Source: Somniosus microcephalus (taxonomy: Eukaryota). Taken from it: a DNA stretch of 64,000 nt. A model generated the notes under the pieces. It saw nothing but the letters and a program-made list of their open reading frames with translations, searched no databases and was not told where the DNA came from. A program made the translations under genes and the position numbers. This document shows, piece after piece, positions 1 through 12,782 of the stretch. How positions within the stretch are numbered: the stretch's first letter is position 1; each line of letters opens with the position of its first letter. The DNA lies in contig CM126207.1 in the NCBI GenBank assembly GCA_052327205.1, positions 249,736,001 through 249,800,000 of the forward strand, read 5' to 3'.

Positions 1-656
1 TGGAAACAAATTACATTTTCAAGTCAAACATTTTCAATCAAAATTGTTTTATGAGCAATCAATTGCATTTTAGATGATTCACATTCAGAGAAGTATTTTG
101 TTCATCAGAAATACTCTCTCCATAAGGAAATGGGGAGCGGAGAAATTATACAGTTACAAACATCTTCCCTTACCTTCCTTAGACCTGAGAGATAATTGGC
201 ATTAATAAATGTCTCTGCAGAGGAAACTGTAAAAGCAATTCTTTGAGCACTAGTTTAATTAATCTGCTGCCTATTTAAAAGTTACATTTGTTTGGAGTTT
301 GGGATAATCATGATCAGAAAGTGCCAACGATTCAAATTTGTCCCACAATATTTCACCGCCAAATCTTACCTCAAAAAAGGTGTGGTGAACTTTGGAGTGA
401 CTGCAAAGGAGGGCAAGAAAGAATTAGGCCAGTGAATTATAGGGGTCATCTTGGGAGATTTATTTGCAGATAGCAGAGTGTATGAGTCAAGTGTTTAAAA
501 TTTGACGGGAGTGAGAGAGAACGTGGTAAGTGGATTGTACCGATCCAGCAGAGAGTCCAAGAAAGATAATTAAAATTTAAAACACAATCATTTAAGGAAG
601 AAATTATTTGAGGTCGAAGTTAGTCTGGGCCCAGTGGACTCAATGCTGCAACAAAA

Positions 657-828
657 GGCCAGAATATCGATAAAAATTGGTCCTCGGACCTCATCTGAAT
701 AATTGGGGCAAGCTGCCACTGCTGGTCGCCCCTCCACAGGCAGCTAGCCCAACAGGAGAAGCCAAGTTCAGGCCGCCTGCCTCCCCAACACACGAAAAAT
801 GGGCGCAACACTTGGCAATTTCTACCCC
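657..828. mobile_element. Degenerate GC-rich Harbinger-like MITE remnant
   Basis: GC-rich island bounded by GGCCAGAATAT (657) and CAATTTCTACCCC (816-828), resembling the termini of better-preserved elements at 13671 and 55243; no clean TSD. Confidence 0.35.
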
Positions 829-1433
829 TTTTTGTTACAGACTTGCAGAATCAACTGCAGACAACGGGGGTAACATTCTGAGACAGTTCTCCCGATTTAT
901 GCCATTTGTCCGAGGTTTCCAAGGCTCTTTTGCTGAAGTTAGGGAAGCTGATTCGAAAAGGAACTGAATATATTCCTGATTATGGAGAGAGTAATGGAGT
1001 ATGAATTTGGATCGAGTGAAATGGCAATAGGAATGCCTATTTGGAGTACGCAGTCAGAATGTAGTATTGCAGCATTAATGAATTAAATAGACCAAGTGGC
1101 CTTTTATTTTCCATCATCCAAAATATCAAGAAAAAATAATACGATGCATACAGCTTATTAAGGTTGTAAGTCTATACTTCAGATTTATGATTCAGGCAGC
1201 TATTTCAATTACCCATGATGCTAGTACTTAAAATACTATAAAGCATAACGCGGTCATCAGAGTAACGCATTATGATTTGTAATTTCTATTTGTATTCCAG
1301 CAAGAGCTGGAAATCTAGGGATAGCAGCAGCATGGGCCTCACTGATATTAGCAAATGAGTTGTCAAACATTTGCTTCTCTGCAATGTAAAGGGGTTTGAA
1401 ACATTATAATTCTAAGTACTAGAGTTATTAGTA

Positions 1434-1734
1434 TAGCACCTCCCAAGCCCATGACCTCCACCACCTAGAAGGATAAGGGCAGTAGATGCATGGGAACACC
1501 ATCACCTCCAAGTCACACACCATCCCAACTTGGACATATATTGTCATTCCTTCATCGTTGCTGGGTCAAATCCTGGAACTTGCTACTCAACAGCACTGTG
1601 GGAGTCCCTTCACCACACGGACTGCAGCGGTTCAAAGGCGGCGGCTCACCACCACCTTCTCAAGGGCAATTAGGGATGGGCAATAAATGCTGGCCTTGCC
1701 AGCGACGCCCACTTCCCATAAACGAGTAAAAAAA
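1434..1734 (+). mobile_element. 3' end of a CR1-clade LINE (ORF2 C-terminus plus tail)
   Basis: Homologous to 7215-7578(-), 46755-47099(+) and 63605-63737(-); ends GGCAATAAATGCTGGCCTTGCCAGCGACGCCCAC...A-tail; other copies encode QHLPNPRP...KSWNSLPNS...HHHLLKGN*. Confidence 0.8.
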
Positions 1735-3789
1735 CTAGTAGGGAAAGTCACATATTGTTATCAGGTAGCTTATGAGCTCCCTTAATGCAAGTTTTATGGG
1801 TTTCATCAACTTCAGGATCTGATCGCCTGTATAAGGACACTAAAATTGAAGGGAATTCAGGCTTATTCATTTATGAAACATAGAGTCAACATTTTAGTAT
1901 CTTTACTCTTTCTAGACTTACTGTTGTTTGTACTTTTATCTGTTTTTCATTGCTGTTCTCATACTGTCAGATAACTTGACTAATACAATTCACTACAACC
2001 CAATGCTGTTGGAGTCATAGGGAGCCACCTCTGGAATTTAGTTAATGATTAGGGGGAAATTCAAATCAATCTGTAACAAATTATTCATAAGAAATATTAC
2101 TAATAAAGAGGTATTATGTTTCTGAGAGGGCCACGGCCAAGGAAGGAGAAAGTTAAGATGAGCTAAATTGATTATGGACCCATGGTAAAATCAATATTTT
2201 CTTTCCTTGTATACTAGTTGCAAGTAGAAAACAAATCCATTCTTGAAAAGAATCAGGGCACAGGAGAAAGTGGATTTAGTATCAGTTGAATGCAAGTGCC
2301 TCCGGAAATCTGCCAGGTATTGTAGGGGTTACTAACAATCAAACTAAATATTATGCTTTTCTAGATACTGTAACAAGACTTCAGGATCTTTCATTACAGA
2401 ATAGACCAAATACACAAAAAAAACAATTTCTGAATTATATTAAACAAGATGAAAGAATGCTGCAATAATACAGCGAGGGTGTTAAAACCATTATAAACTA
2501 TATTAATACATGAACCTACTAAAATTCTGTGCGTGTCACAATGTATCTACTTGCCTTGTGTGCAACAAAGCAAACATTTTTGTTAACCATGATTGCTTTT
2601 AATATAAAAACAGGACAAGCCAAAGAACAGAATATTGGTGCTGTCCAATCGCATCATAGTGCCTGATGTTTCAATCAAGCTAGGTAGGTTTCCTGTAGAA
2701 AAGTAAAATCAGATTGTCCATTTTAAACTAGCTTAAAATCTTTTTGGTACTCCACAGGATATTATAACCGATAGTGTGCCATGAAAGAAGGGTGGCATTT
2801 AATTTAGAAGATAGGAATATTTAAAAAGTAAGACTGATCCAAGTCCACCATAATTGATTAGCCAGTTTCCCATCTGCCTATTTTTTGTAAAACAAAAATA
2901 CACCAATTCATAAAGATGTACTAAACTGACGACACTACAGTCTCTTCATGTTCATCATCATTTATCTTGATTTTTCCTCACCTCGAATTAGAAATTAAGA
3001 ACTATCATTTTTTAAGATAACAGAAGTAGATTCATGGCGCACAAAAATCAATGTACAACAGTGTTTCAGTGTACTCCCTACTTTGCCACTAAACAACAAC
3101 TTATGCAGCAGAAAATCTCTACTCTCTCTGGTAGAGTATAACTCCCTTAGTGATTGACCTTTATGTATTAATAAAATGAACCACCAATAGCCATGTAACT
3201 GTCAGGTGGTCCACAGAGAATGCCAAGCTTATGTCCACACATCTGTCATACACATGTGCACTTGCTGTGTGTGTGCACTCTTAAATTTTTTAACTGTTTG
3301 CAAAGTCAGAATTGCCTTAACTTTTACTGACATTATACTGATATTATATCAAATTTCATGACTGCAGGCTCAAGAATGGCTACTGAATTGAATTTGTAAT
3401 GTGGGCCAATTAGGGTTTATTAACAAATTTGGTCAATTTGGAGCATTGTCTGTTTGGGTGATTCTGGCCAAACATCAATACCAGCATGAATTGTAGAAGA
3501 AAAAAATGATTTCTGATATTTCAATAGGGAAAAGTGGTTAGGAACACATCCGTCTTTCTTTGATATAATGGTGAGTTTACACCTTAACATCCTTATAGGT
3601 CTGGTGCTGGTAGCAAATGCATCAATGTTTTGTAGTGACATTTTGGTGAGTGTGATTCTGATCCATGATGCCCTGACGTGCTCGAGTTCTAGGTGAAGAG
3701 TGTGAAAGGTTTGTTCACTGATTTTGGTTTTGTGGAAATGGCTTTCAGTTTCAGAAAACACTCAGACTTTCAGTGAAACATGAACCTCA

Positions 3790-3895
3790 CCAAGAAATGA
3801 TGAGTAAAGACCTAAAACATCATAACCTGTCTTTTCTCTTTACAGATGCTGCTAGACCTGTTGTGTATTTCCAGAATTTTCCATTTTTTATTAAA
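3790..3895 (+). mobile_element. Degraded Penelope-like element terminal fragment
   Basis: ACAGATGCTGCTAGACCTGTTGTGTATTTCCAGAATTTT matches the 52870-52920 part of the Penelope copy. Confidence 0.45.
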
Positions 3896-4086
3896 AAAAG
3901 TAAATGCGCATTTCATTATGTAAAGTATCAGTTACAAAATGGCATAGTCTCAGGATAAGGGCTAGGTCATTTAAGACTGAGATGAGGAGGAATTTCTTCA
4001 CTCAGAGGGTTGTGAATCTTTGGAATTTCCTGCCCTAGAGGGCTGTGCATGCTGAGTCTTTGAGTATATTCAAGGCTGAGATAGAT

Positions 4087-6353
4087 AAATACTTTGTTTC
4101 TGTCTTCACGGAGGAAGATACAAAAAACCTCCCAGAAATACGAGAAAACCAAGGGCGTGACAAGAATGAGGAACGTAAAGAAATTATTATTAGTAAAAAA
4201 ACAGTACTAGCAAAATTAATGGGACTAAAAGTCAATAAATCCCAAGGACCAGATGACCTACATCTTAGGGTTTTGAAAGAGGTGGCCATTGGAATAGTGG
4301 ACACATTGGTTGTCATCTTCCAAAATTCTATAGATTCTGGAATGGTTCCTGCAGATTGGAAGATAGCAAATGTAACCCTGCTATTTAAGAAAGGAGGGAG
4401 AGAGAAAACGGGGAACTACAGACCTGTTAGTCTCACATCAGTAGTTGGGAAAATGCTGGAATCTATTATAAAGGATGCAATAACTGGGCACTTAGAAACT
4501 AATAGTAAGATTGGGCAGAGTCAACATGGATCTATGAAAGGGAAATCCTGTTTGACAAACCTATTGGAGTTCTTTGAGGATGTAACTAGTGGAGTAGATA
4601 AAGGGGAACCGATAGATGTGGTGTATCTGGATTTTCAGAAGGCCTTTGATAAGGTCCCACACAAGAGGTTAGTGAACAAAATTAGAGTACATGGAATTGG
4701 GGGTAATATACTAGCATGGATTGAGAATTGGTTAACAGACAGAAAACAAAGAGTAGGGATAAACGGGTCTTTTTCAGGATGGCAGGCTGTGGCTAGTGGG
4801 GTACTGCAAGGATCGGTGCTTGGGCCCCAGCTATTCATAATCTTCAGGAAACTCTCGTTTAAACGGCACCTAAATATTCAGAATTCTCTATTAACCAGCA
4901 AAATTCATACTCCGAAAACAACACCTCAATAACCGGAAATGTTGCCGAGTCTGAGTCTCCCGCGGTGGCCGAGTTAGTCAGTGGGGGTAGTTTTCCAAAC
5001 TGCCACTACTCGGTTTCTTGGCGCTGTCGGAAGTCCGAACACCTCAATAACAGGAGTCTGACTCTCCCGCACTGCCAGTAGTCTCTTCCGATTTGCCATT
5101 TTTCTGTTTACTGTATAAGTTTTGTTTTACTGTGAAGTGATTAAAGAGTTATGGATTACACTCAACTGGCAGTACTGTACTTAATCAAGCATCTTCCACC
5201 ATCCATTTAACACAACATTCTGTAGGTGAGTACCCAATTACTGTATACTGCACATTTCTTGATTTTTTTATTTTTGTTTGTTAAAAATAGCCTCGGTAGA
5301 TAACCCTCTCCGTCATCCGGAATTTTTAATCAACCGGCACCATCCCGGTCCCGTCGGTGCCAGATACCAAAGAGTTTCCTGTATATCAATGATTTGGATG
5401 AGGGGACTAAATGTAATATTTCCAAATTTGCTGATGACACAAAGCTAGGTGGCAGTGTCAGTTGCGAAGAGGATGTGAAGAGGCTTCAAGGGGATCTCGA
5501 CAGGCTCAGTGAATGGGCGAGAACATGGCAGATGGAATATAATGTGGATAAATGTGGAGTTATCCACTTTGGTAGGAAAAAACAGAAAGGCAGAGTATTT
5601 CCTAAATGGTGAAAGATTGGGGAATGCAGATGCTCAAAGGGACCTGGGTGTCCTTATACATGAGTCACTGAAAGTGAATGTGCAGGTGCAGCAAGCCATT
5701 AGGAAGGCAAATGGTATGCTGGCCTTCATTACAAGAGGAATTGAGTACAGGAGTAAAGAAGTCTTACTCCAATTATATAGGACCTTGGTGAGACCACACC
5801 TGGAGTACTGTGTACAATTTTAGTCTCCTTACCTAAGGAAGGATATACTTGCCATAGAGGGAGTGCAACGAAGGTTCACGAGATTGATTCCTGGGATGGT
5901 GGGACTGTCGTATGAGAAGAGATTGAGTAAACTAGGCCTGTATTCTCTTGAATTCAGAAGAATGAGAGGGGATCTCATTGAAGCATACAAAATTATTACA
6001 GGGCTTGATAGGATGGATGCTGGGAGAATGTTTCCCTTGGCTGGGGAGTCTAGAACCAGGGGCCACAACCTCAAGATAAAGGGTAGGCCATTCAGGACGG
6101 AGATGAGAAGAAATTTCTTCACAGAGGGTGGTGAATCTTTGGAATTCTCTACCCCAGAGGGCTGTGGAGGCTCAGTCATTGGGTATATTCAAAACAGAAG
6201 TCAATAGATTTCTGACTAGTAAGGGCATCAAGGGATATGACGATAGGGCCGGTGAATGGGGTTGGGGCAGAAGATCAGCCATGATCTCATTGAATGGCGG
6301 AGCAGGCTCGAAGGGTCAAATGGCCTACTCCTGCTCCTATTTCTTATGTTCTT
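4087..6353 (+). pseudogene. 5'-truncated CR1 LINE ORF2 (reverse transcriptase), disabled
   Basis: ORF track 4045-4932, 5394-5612, 5509-5823 and 5863-6207 give [51 protein letters not shown]; frameshifts, a stop at 5821 and a MITE insertion; 3' UTR stem-loop and TTCTTATG tail. Confidence 0.95.
4845..5381. mobile_element. Tc1/mariner (pogo/Tigger-like) MITE inserted in the CR1 RT
   Basis: TIRs CAGGAAACTCT (4845) / AGAGTTTCCTG (5371-5381), with GGCACC/GGTGCC just inside; TA on the right, TT on the left; the RT reading LF.I|YIND resumes after it. Confidence 0.8.
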
Positions 6354-6694
6354 ATAGATTTTTGGACTCTCGGGGAATCAAGGGATATGGAGATCAGGCA
6401 GGAAAGTGGAGTTGAGGTCAATGATCAGCCATGATCTTATTGAATGGCGGAACAGGCTCGAGGGGCCGTATGGCCTACTCCTGCTCCTATTTCTTATGTT
6501 CTTATGTACACAAATACACAGGTAGATGGGATACACACTAAAGTAGTGGTTCCTAACAGACCTATTATCTTAGGACCAGAAAGATGAAATGATTATGAAC
6601 ACTATGGATGCTACGACATAAAATATTAACCACCTACAAACACATTGTATAGTACATTTCTATTAAATGTGTTGATTTTTTTTTAAGTAGGAAA

Positions 6695-7035
6695 AAGGGC
6701 TGCCTGGTATCACAAGCAGCAGAATGCTTGCCTCCCAACCAAAAGTTGCAGGTTCGAGTTCCAGTGCTATCTGTCACTCGAATTCACATACCTTTGTCGG
6801 GTAAGTTTAATTGGCTCTCGGCCAGATTGCCTTGCCCATATCTCATGGGGAAAAAAAACAACTGACATGATCCATCTTGCCCTGCGTGAACTGTGCCTCA
6901 TGCTGGCAGATCATGGAGCAGCACTGACAGTGGTCATGGAGATGTCCGTGGTCCAGACAATTCAAGCCTCCCAGCTGGAGGAAGACGGTTCGTGGTTAGC
7001 AGCCTGGAGAACATTGGGAAGAAAAGAAAAAAATG
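6695..7035 (+). mobile_element. Old tRNA-derived SINE
   Basis: B-box-like GGTTCGAGTTCC near 6751, GC-richer body of about 330 bp, A-rich tail at 7019-7033. Confidence 0.5.
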
Positions 7036-7214
7036 AGTAAAAGAAAAAAAAATCTCCAAAGTTTAATAATACGTTCCTCAAATACACCCCCACTAAAAAT
7101 ATATTAACAACTGCATTTGCTCCTTATAAAATTGTTTTATCGAAGGAGGATAAGGGACAACATGGCACACTTTAAAACATAGATTCCAGCTCCCGCCAAT
7201 TCTCATCCGCTAAT

Positions 7215-7578
7215 TTTTCCTTTTATTCGTTTATGGGATGTGGGCGTCGCTGGCAAGGCCAGCATTTATTGCCCATCCCTAATTGCCCTTGAGAAGGTGG
7301 TGGTGAGCCGCCGCCTTGAACCGCTGCAGTCCGTGTGGTGAAGGTACTCCCACAGTGCTGTTAGGTAGGGAGTTCCAGGATTTTGACCTAGCAACAATGC
7401 AGGATCGGCGATATACTTCTAAGCCAGGATGGTGTGTGACTTGGAGGGGAACTTGGAGGTGGTGGTGTTCCCGTGCGCCTGCTGCCCTTGTCCTTCTAGG
7501 TGGAAGAGGTCGCGGGTTTGGGAGGTGCTGCCAAAGAAGCCTTGGCGAGTTGCTGCAGTGCATCTTGTAGATATACAT
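7215..7578 (-). mobile_element. 3' end of CR1-clade LINE
   Basis: ORF 7279-7578(-) HCSNSPRLLWQHLPNP...HHHLLKGN; same tail as the 1434-1734 copy. Confidence 0.85.
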
Positions 7579-8537
7579 GATTTAAAAAGTTATATCTAAC
7601 AGAAAGTAAAATTGTCATACAAATGGAATGGTTGTAATTTACAAGAATACTGGTTTATAAAGGGTTAATCTTCAGCTGTAGATTATGTCTTTTTAATTAT
7701 TTCTATACAATTACCAACAAGAAAGCTTTCTGTGGTTGGAGCAGTTTCAACTGAACTACCAAGTATGCCCTGGAGACAAAGCCTTTGGCATTAAAGTGAC
7801 AGTGTCGCTGTATCACAGAGTTTTCAGGCAGGCTCAATTCCTAAAATGGACTGCTGTGAAAACCTTACTGCTATGAAACCACCATAGAGAGAATAGCTTC
7901 TGCAGGCTGGATTTATACAACATTGTTTTCAATGTTTTAATTAAATAATACAGTTGCAGTGCCAGATGAGATGAGAAATGCAGTATCATGGATCTGATTT
8001 TAATTCCACCTGCTTCAGTGCAGAAACATGAAGAGTTTCACCATAACCTTTACCTAAAGTGACACTACATTTTAAATATATATTTTGACTGGAAAAAATA
8101 ATGTTGTCAAAAGTCCCCATTTACAAGGATTTAGATATCATTAATAAAGTCCTTCAAATCTGGTGAGAAAATATATTGCAATCAATATATACTGTTCGGA
8201 TTAACTGAATTTGAGCAGATATCCATTATTATACTAAGTTTTCCAGAATACAAATCGACTCACAATACTGTGGTCAGAGCGAAGCATGTTCACTAAAAAT
8301 TCTTTGAAGTATTGTCATATTTAAACTAAAGCTACACATTGTATTTATCAGATATTTATGCCTAAAGAAACCTGCCTGGTGAATTACTTCATGATCATAA
8401 ATTTGCATGAAAGTTTTAATAGAATGCAGGGAATTCACTTTGTATACAGGTTTGAATCACTGAACCATTACAACTCACAGAGCTAAAGCATTCCGTGAAT
8501 GAAGTACATGTGGAATGGATTATTATTATTATTATTC

Positions 8538-8962
8538 AGATTATTATCTGAACGGCAATAGATTGGGAGAAGGGGAAGTGCAATGAGACCTGGGTGTCCT
8601 TGTGCACCAGTCGCTGAAGGTAAGCATGCAGGTGCAGCAGGTGGTTAAGAAGGCAAATGGTATGTTGGCCTTCGTAGCGAGAGGGTTCGAGTACAGGAAC
8701 AAGGATGTCTTGCTGCAGTTGTACAGGGCCTTGGTGAGACCATACCTTGAGTATTGTGTGCAGTTTTGGTCGCCTTATCTGAGGAAGGATGTTCTTGCCA
8801 TGGAGGGAGTGCAGCGAAGATTCACCAGACTGATACCTGGGATGTGGAGAGAAGGCAGGGACAGGGTACTGAACTTGGATGATCAGCCATGATCTCATTA
8901 AATGGCGGAGCAGGCTCGAGGGGCCGAATGGCCTACTCCTGCTCCTATCTTCTATGTTTCTA
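8538..8962 (+). mobile_element. CR1 3' fragment with internal deletion
   Basis: ORF 8602-8892 KANGMLAF...RFTRLIPGM jumps directly to the last codons and 3' UTR at about 8843; CTATGTTT tail; follows a (TTA)n tract. Confidence 0.9.
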
Positions 8963-10853
8963 TTTTTTTCTATGGATGTCATTCAATGAAATGCTACCTG
9001 CTTCAGATCAAAAAAAAATCAAAGGCACTAAACTTTTTTTTAAACTATACAAATGTAATGCGTTGAAAAAGTGTTCACATCAGTGCAATGGAACAGGAAG
9101 GGGTTATAATGTTTTGATGCACATTGTTTCTCAGTTGTGTTAACCTCCATCTCTCTCTCTCTTCATCTCAAGTGTTATGTTGCTCTAAATTACTTTCATA
9201 GTTTCAGCAACATTTAATTCCTCAAAACTCAAATTCTGTACTTTAAGTTTATTTTTTTTCTACAATTCATCTTTCTACTTTGCTAACTCTATTTGCTTTC
9301 AAAATGGATCCCTTTACAATCTGAAACTATCACTCAGCACTGCAATATTTTTAAACACAGTTAAAACTGTCGAGACTTGTGAATTAAAAATGCTTAGTAT
9401 TTAATTCCAGCTTTTTCCACATGCCAGATCTGCCTTTTAATACTATTCTACCGAGCGAGAGATGATTCAGACCACAGATAGCATCAAATCTGTGCTTCTT
9501 TGGTTAATTTTCCTCCTTCCTTTAAACACTGGCAGAACTGCCTCTACTGAGAGAAAACTCAAATTTAAATGTCTGACATCAGGATTCCAATATGTTAGCA
9601 TTACAGCTACTGAGCTTCCTAAAAATGTTTCTTAAATGAGTTAGAGGTTACGTAGTTGCAAAGAAGGGTGCTGGGGAATGGAAGTAGGGGGAAGGGTGCA
9701 TATGTCCACTGAAAGGATTTGGAAAGAAGTTTGTACGAGACCTCCTCAGACATAGTAAAGGAAGTGTTCTTTTGATAGTTTCCCAAGAAAATAAATAACA
9801 TTTTCCGTACCCACTCATGGTAGATAGATAAATAAATAAATAAATTTGTTCTCACATATCACAGTTGCATAAATAAATAAATCTCTACACATAACATGGC
9901 GAGTAGTTCTTTTCCATTGCTTATCATCTGCTCAAGGTACATGCTTTTATACTGAAGGACAAGCAATATGTAAAATGTAGGAAAAGATTAAAATAATTTG
10001 GTTCTTTCCTTCTTTACCAAATAGCTCTACAATAGTATTTAGCAAAACTAAAAGATTCTGTTTAAATACCCAAGCTTAAATTCGAGCTCGTTTGGGACTT
10101 CCCTCCAAACTGGTACAGACCTTCTAGAATTTGTTTCTTATGTCAACTGTGATTTTTGAGTTCTTACTCAATGCACCTAAATAAAAGAAATGTAGCTGCT
10201 GTTACAAAATATAAATATTTATAAGTGCCATTTAATTTGTCAAACAGATAATATGCTATATTTGACAAGTAACCAATCCCTTGAATACAGTGACTTACAT
10301 TGTTTGCCTAGCAAAATTATGTCACAAAAAAGTTGAAGTCTGTTTCTCGTTACATTTTAATATAATTTGAGAATATTCTATTATTTGAGTGATACTGTAA
10401 AAATTGCTGTCATTTCAAGCTAATCAGAAATAATTTGTAACAAAAATAATTTTTCATTAATTAAAAAAATCCAATGTTTGTAACATCTTTAATAATATTG
10501 ATTTTTTCTATCAATTATTCAAACTTATTTTCCGTAACTTTCTAAAGCTTAATATTGTAGAGAAATCTAACATCACTTTGAATGAGTGAAGATAATTACT
10601 TGGTTTAACAGTTATATGTAATTGATTGAGAGGCACAAGTAGTACACAGGAATGGCTATACCATATTTGACCATGTTGCAACAGAATTGGAAAAGATTTA
10701 AATGACAACAAAAAATCAATTATAATGGGGGTGGGGGCTATTCATACATTAAAATCTGCAACGAGAATATGATTGGGTTACTAAGTTAATTATTAAGGAA
10801 AAAATGGAAAACATTTGATTTGTTGCAAAATTTGGAAAAGCTGCAATCTTAAT

Positions 10854-11575
10854 GGCCTGGATTTTGCGATAGAAATAATGGTGAGGCTATCAGCACTCAC
10901 CATTATTATGGAGTAAATCAGACAACAACTTCTGGCATTAAACGCGGAAATCTGGTGGTTGATGTCCGATTTGCCCTGCTCCTCCACAAGCCTTGCTGCA
11001 CCGTTGATAGATTCATCATTCAAACACATGAAAGGTGAAAAGTTGCTGTACTTACCCACTAAACACACCAGAAAAAGTTAGGCCTGGCGCATTCAAGCAT
11101 AAGTGAACTTTTAATGGCGTGATAAGTCTTAATTACTGCCAAACAACCTCTCTGGCACTGAAAATTTAATTTTACAATTGTGGAGTCTTAGTCCTTCAGA
11201 ATTTAATTATTGTTGGTGATGTTAAAAAAAATGTTTTGTTACTTTTTCTTTCTGTCTCTTTTATCTCTTTCTTAATCCCATCTTTCCCTCCCTCTCTTTA
11301 TTTTGCTTTCTATACATGATTTTACATTGAATTAAATATTCTAACTCTTACACTTCCTGGTTTAGACTCCGAGTGTCTCAGGGAGGATTCTTCCATCTGA
11401 TTGGTTGAAGGGGCTTGCTGTTGCTTGTCCTGCTCACACAGGTTCCAGATCTGTGTAGAGGATGCCGCGCTGAAAAGGATCTCGAAATACCGTCAGTTGC
11501 TGCTCAAAAGCCCGTGAAAAGTCTGCGGGCAGCTGTAAGCATAATGAGCACCGTTCCTTCGCTGCTGCCTGGGCC
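10854..11575. mobile_element. Non-autonomous DNA transposon remnant (Harbinger-like)
   Basis: Starts GGCCTGGATTTTGC, ends CTGGGCC; subterminal hairpin AATAATGGTGAG/CTCACCATTATT. Confidence 0.5.
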
Positions 11576-11976
11576 ATTTTCTATTTTAAGTTATTCACTT
11601 TTAATGTTTGGTCATAATTAATGCACAGCAATTAGTTTTGCCAAAAAGTTTTAAGCACTACCAGACCATTGAAAACAGACATTCAGAGAAACATCAACAG
11701 ATTACATACCACTGACATTAACATAGCTGGAGACTCAGTGGGATGCCCAGAATGTGGATACGGTTTCCCACAAGAGACAGTAACTGGAACACAGCAAAAA
11801 TTGACAGTTCGGAGTTTGTTGTTCTTAAACATTTAGGAACAAACAATCCCAGCATGGTGAATAGAAGAAAAGCTGCATATAGACAGGGATGACTTTACCA
11901 ACGCTGAATAAACAGTCAGTCAGTCATATAACTGTTTACTTTAGAATATAAAAGATAACAAGACAAAATATTCTTA

Positions 11977-12110
11977 GGTGGTAATTTTAACCTAACCTAA
12001 TGCACCCGATGGGAAGCTGAATTTGAAAGTAAAATTGGCCAGGGTATAAAATGGGCAGCTGATCTGATCCAGTCAGTTTCCCGTTGGCTGGGTTAGGTTA
12101 AAATTACTCT
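11977..12110. mobile_element. Short MITE
   Basis: Perfect 17-bp inverted repeat GTAATTTTAACCTAACC (11981-11997) / GGTTAGGTTAAAATTAC (12091-12107). Confidence 0.7.
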
Positions 12111-12755
12111 GTCACTGTGCAGCAAAAAAAATGGCTTCACCAGATTTCATTATAGCATATAGTGTTGCAGCATTCACTACTGTACATAGAAGTACAGTAA
12201 AAGTAAACAGTGCAAAAGCAGAGCTTCTTGCATAGCTCCCAACTTTGTGGAGAAGGCAAAATCTGATGCAGAACAAATCACCTCACTCAAGGTACTTGAT
12301 TGAATGATTATCACTGTAGTATGATAACACCATTCAAGCCTGATTCCAGATTCCCAGTAAGGTGATCAAGCTTGGAAAGCAGATTATAGTGTTGTACATG
12401 ACAATAGGCGCAGAGATGTACAGCAACTTAAAATTATTTGATAATCCCACTTCCCACACAAACCTTCCTTATGATGGCCATGTAAGAGATTACTGATTTA
12501 CCACCAGCTGCACAGGTGGATAAAGTCTTTTTCCACTCCAAGGAGGCAATTCTATATACTGATTTAGCTATTTTGATGCAGGAATTCACAAAATTTAACA
12601 AAATTAACATTACATTTAAATCTAAATGTAAAAGTTGATGGGAATAGCATCTGACTCGATACCGACACCAACTCATAAAAGGAATTGCAAATGTCATTTG
12701 TTTCAGTTTCCTTATACCACAAACTATTTAAAAGCATCAAACGGAGGATACTTAC

Positions 12756-12782
12756 ATTCTAGCTCGATGGGCTGCATTTAAA
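12756..12782 (-). other. Candidate 27-nt microexon
   Basis: Minus strand: TGCTGCCCTTTCATCTGTGACCACAG|TTTAAATGCAGCCCATCGAGCTAGAAT|GTAAGTAT; length divisible by 3; one stop-free frame (LNAAHRAR). Confidence 0.3.

Larger units (their letters stand above)
3940..6507 (+). mobile_element. Older CR1 3' end split into 3940-4086 and 6354-6507 by a younger CR1
   Basis: ...TTCAAGGCTGAGATAGAT (ends 4086) continues as ATAGATTTTTGGACTCTCGGGGAATCAAGGG (6354); ATAGAT duplicated at both junctions; second tail at 6420-6507. Confidence 0.8.

Noticed and set aside
420-1115. Very old CR1 3' fragment
   Set aside because: Only faint similarity by eye; boundaries cannot be supported
2635-2660. REST/RE1-like GGTGCTGTCC
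   Set aside because: Only a half-site; the second half does not match
3420-3761. 113-aa minus ORF and two plus-strand GTGAGT-ended mini-exons
   Set aside because: No recognisable protein, non-ATG start and weak acceptors
4045-4932. 295-aa ORF as a functional reverse transcriptase, retron or host gene
   Set aside because: Chimeric fragment: starts in an older CR1 3' end and ends in a MITE; the downstream RT has stops and frameshifts
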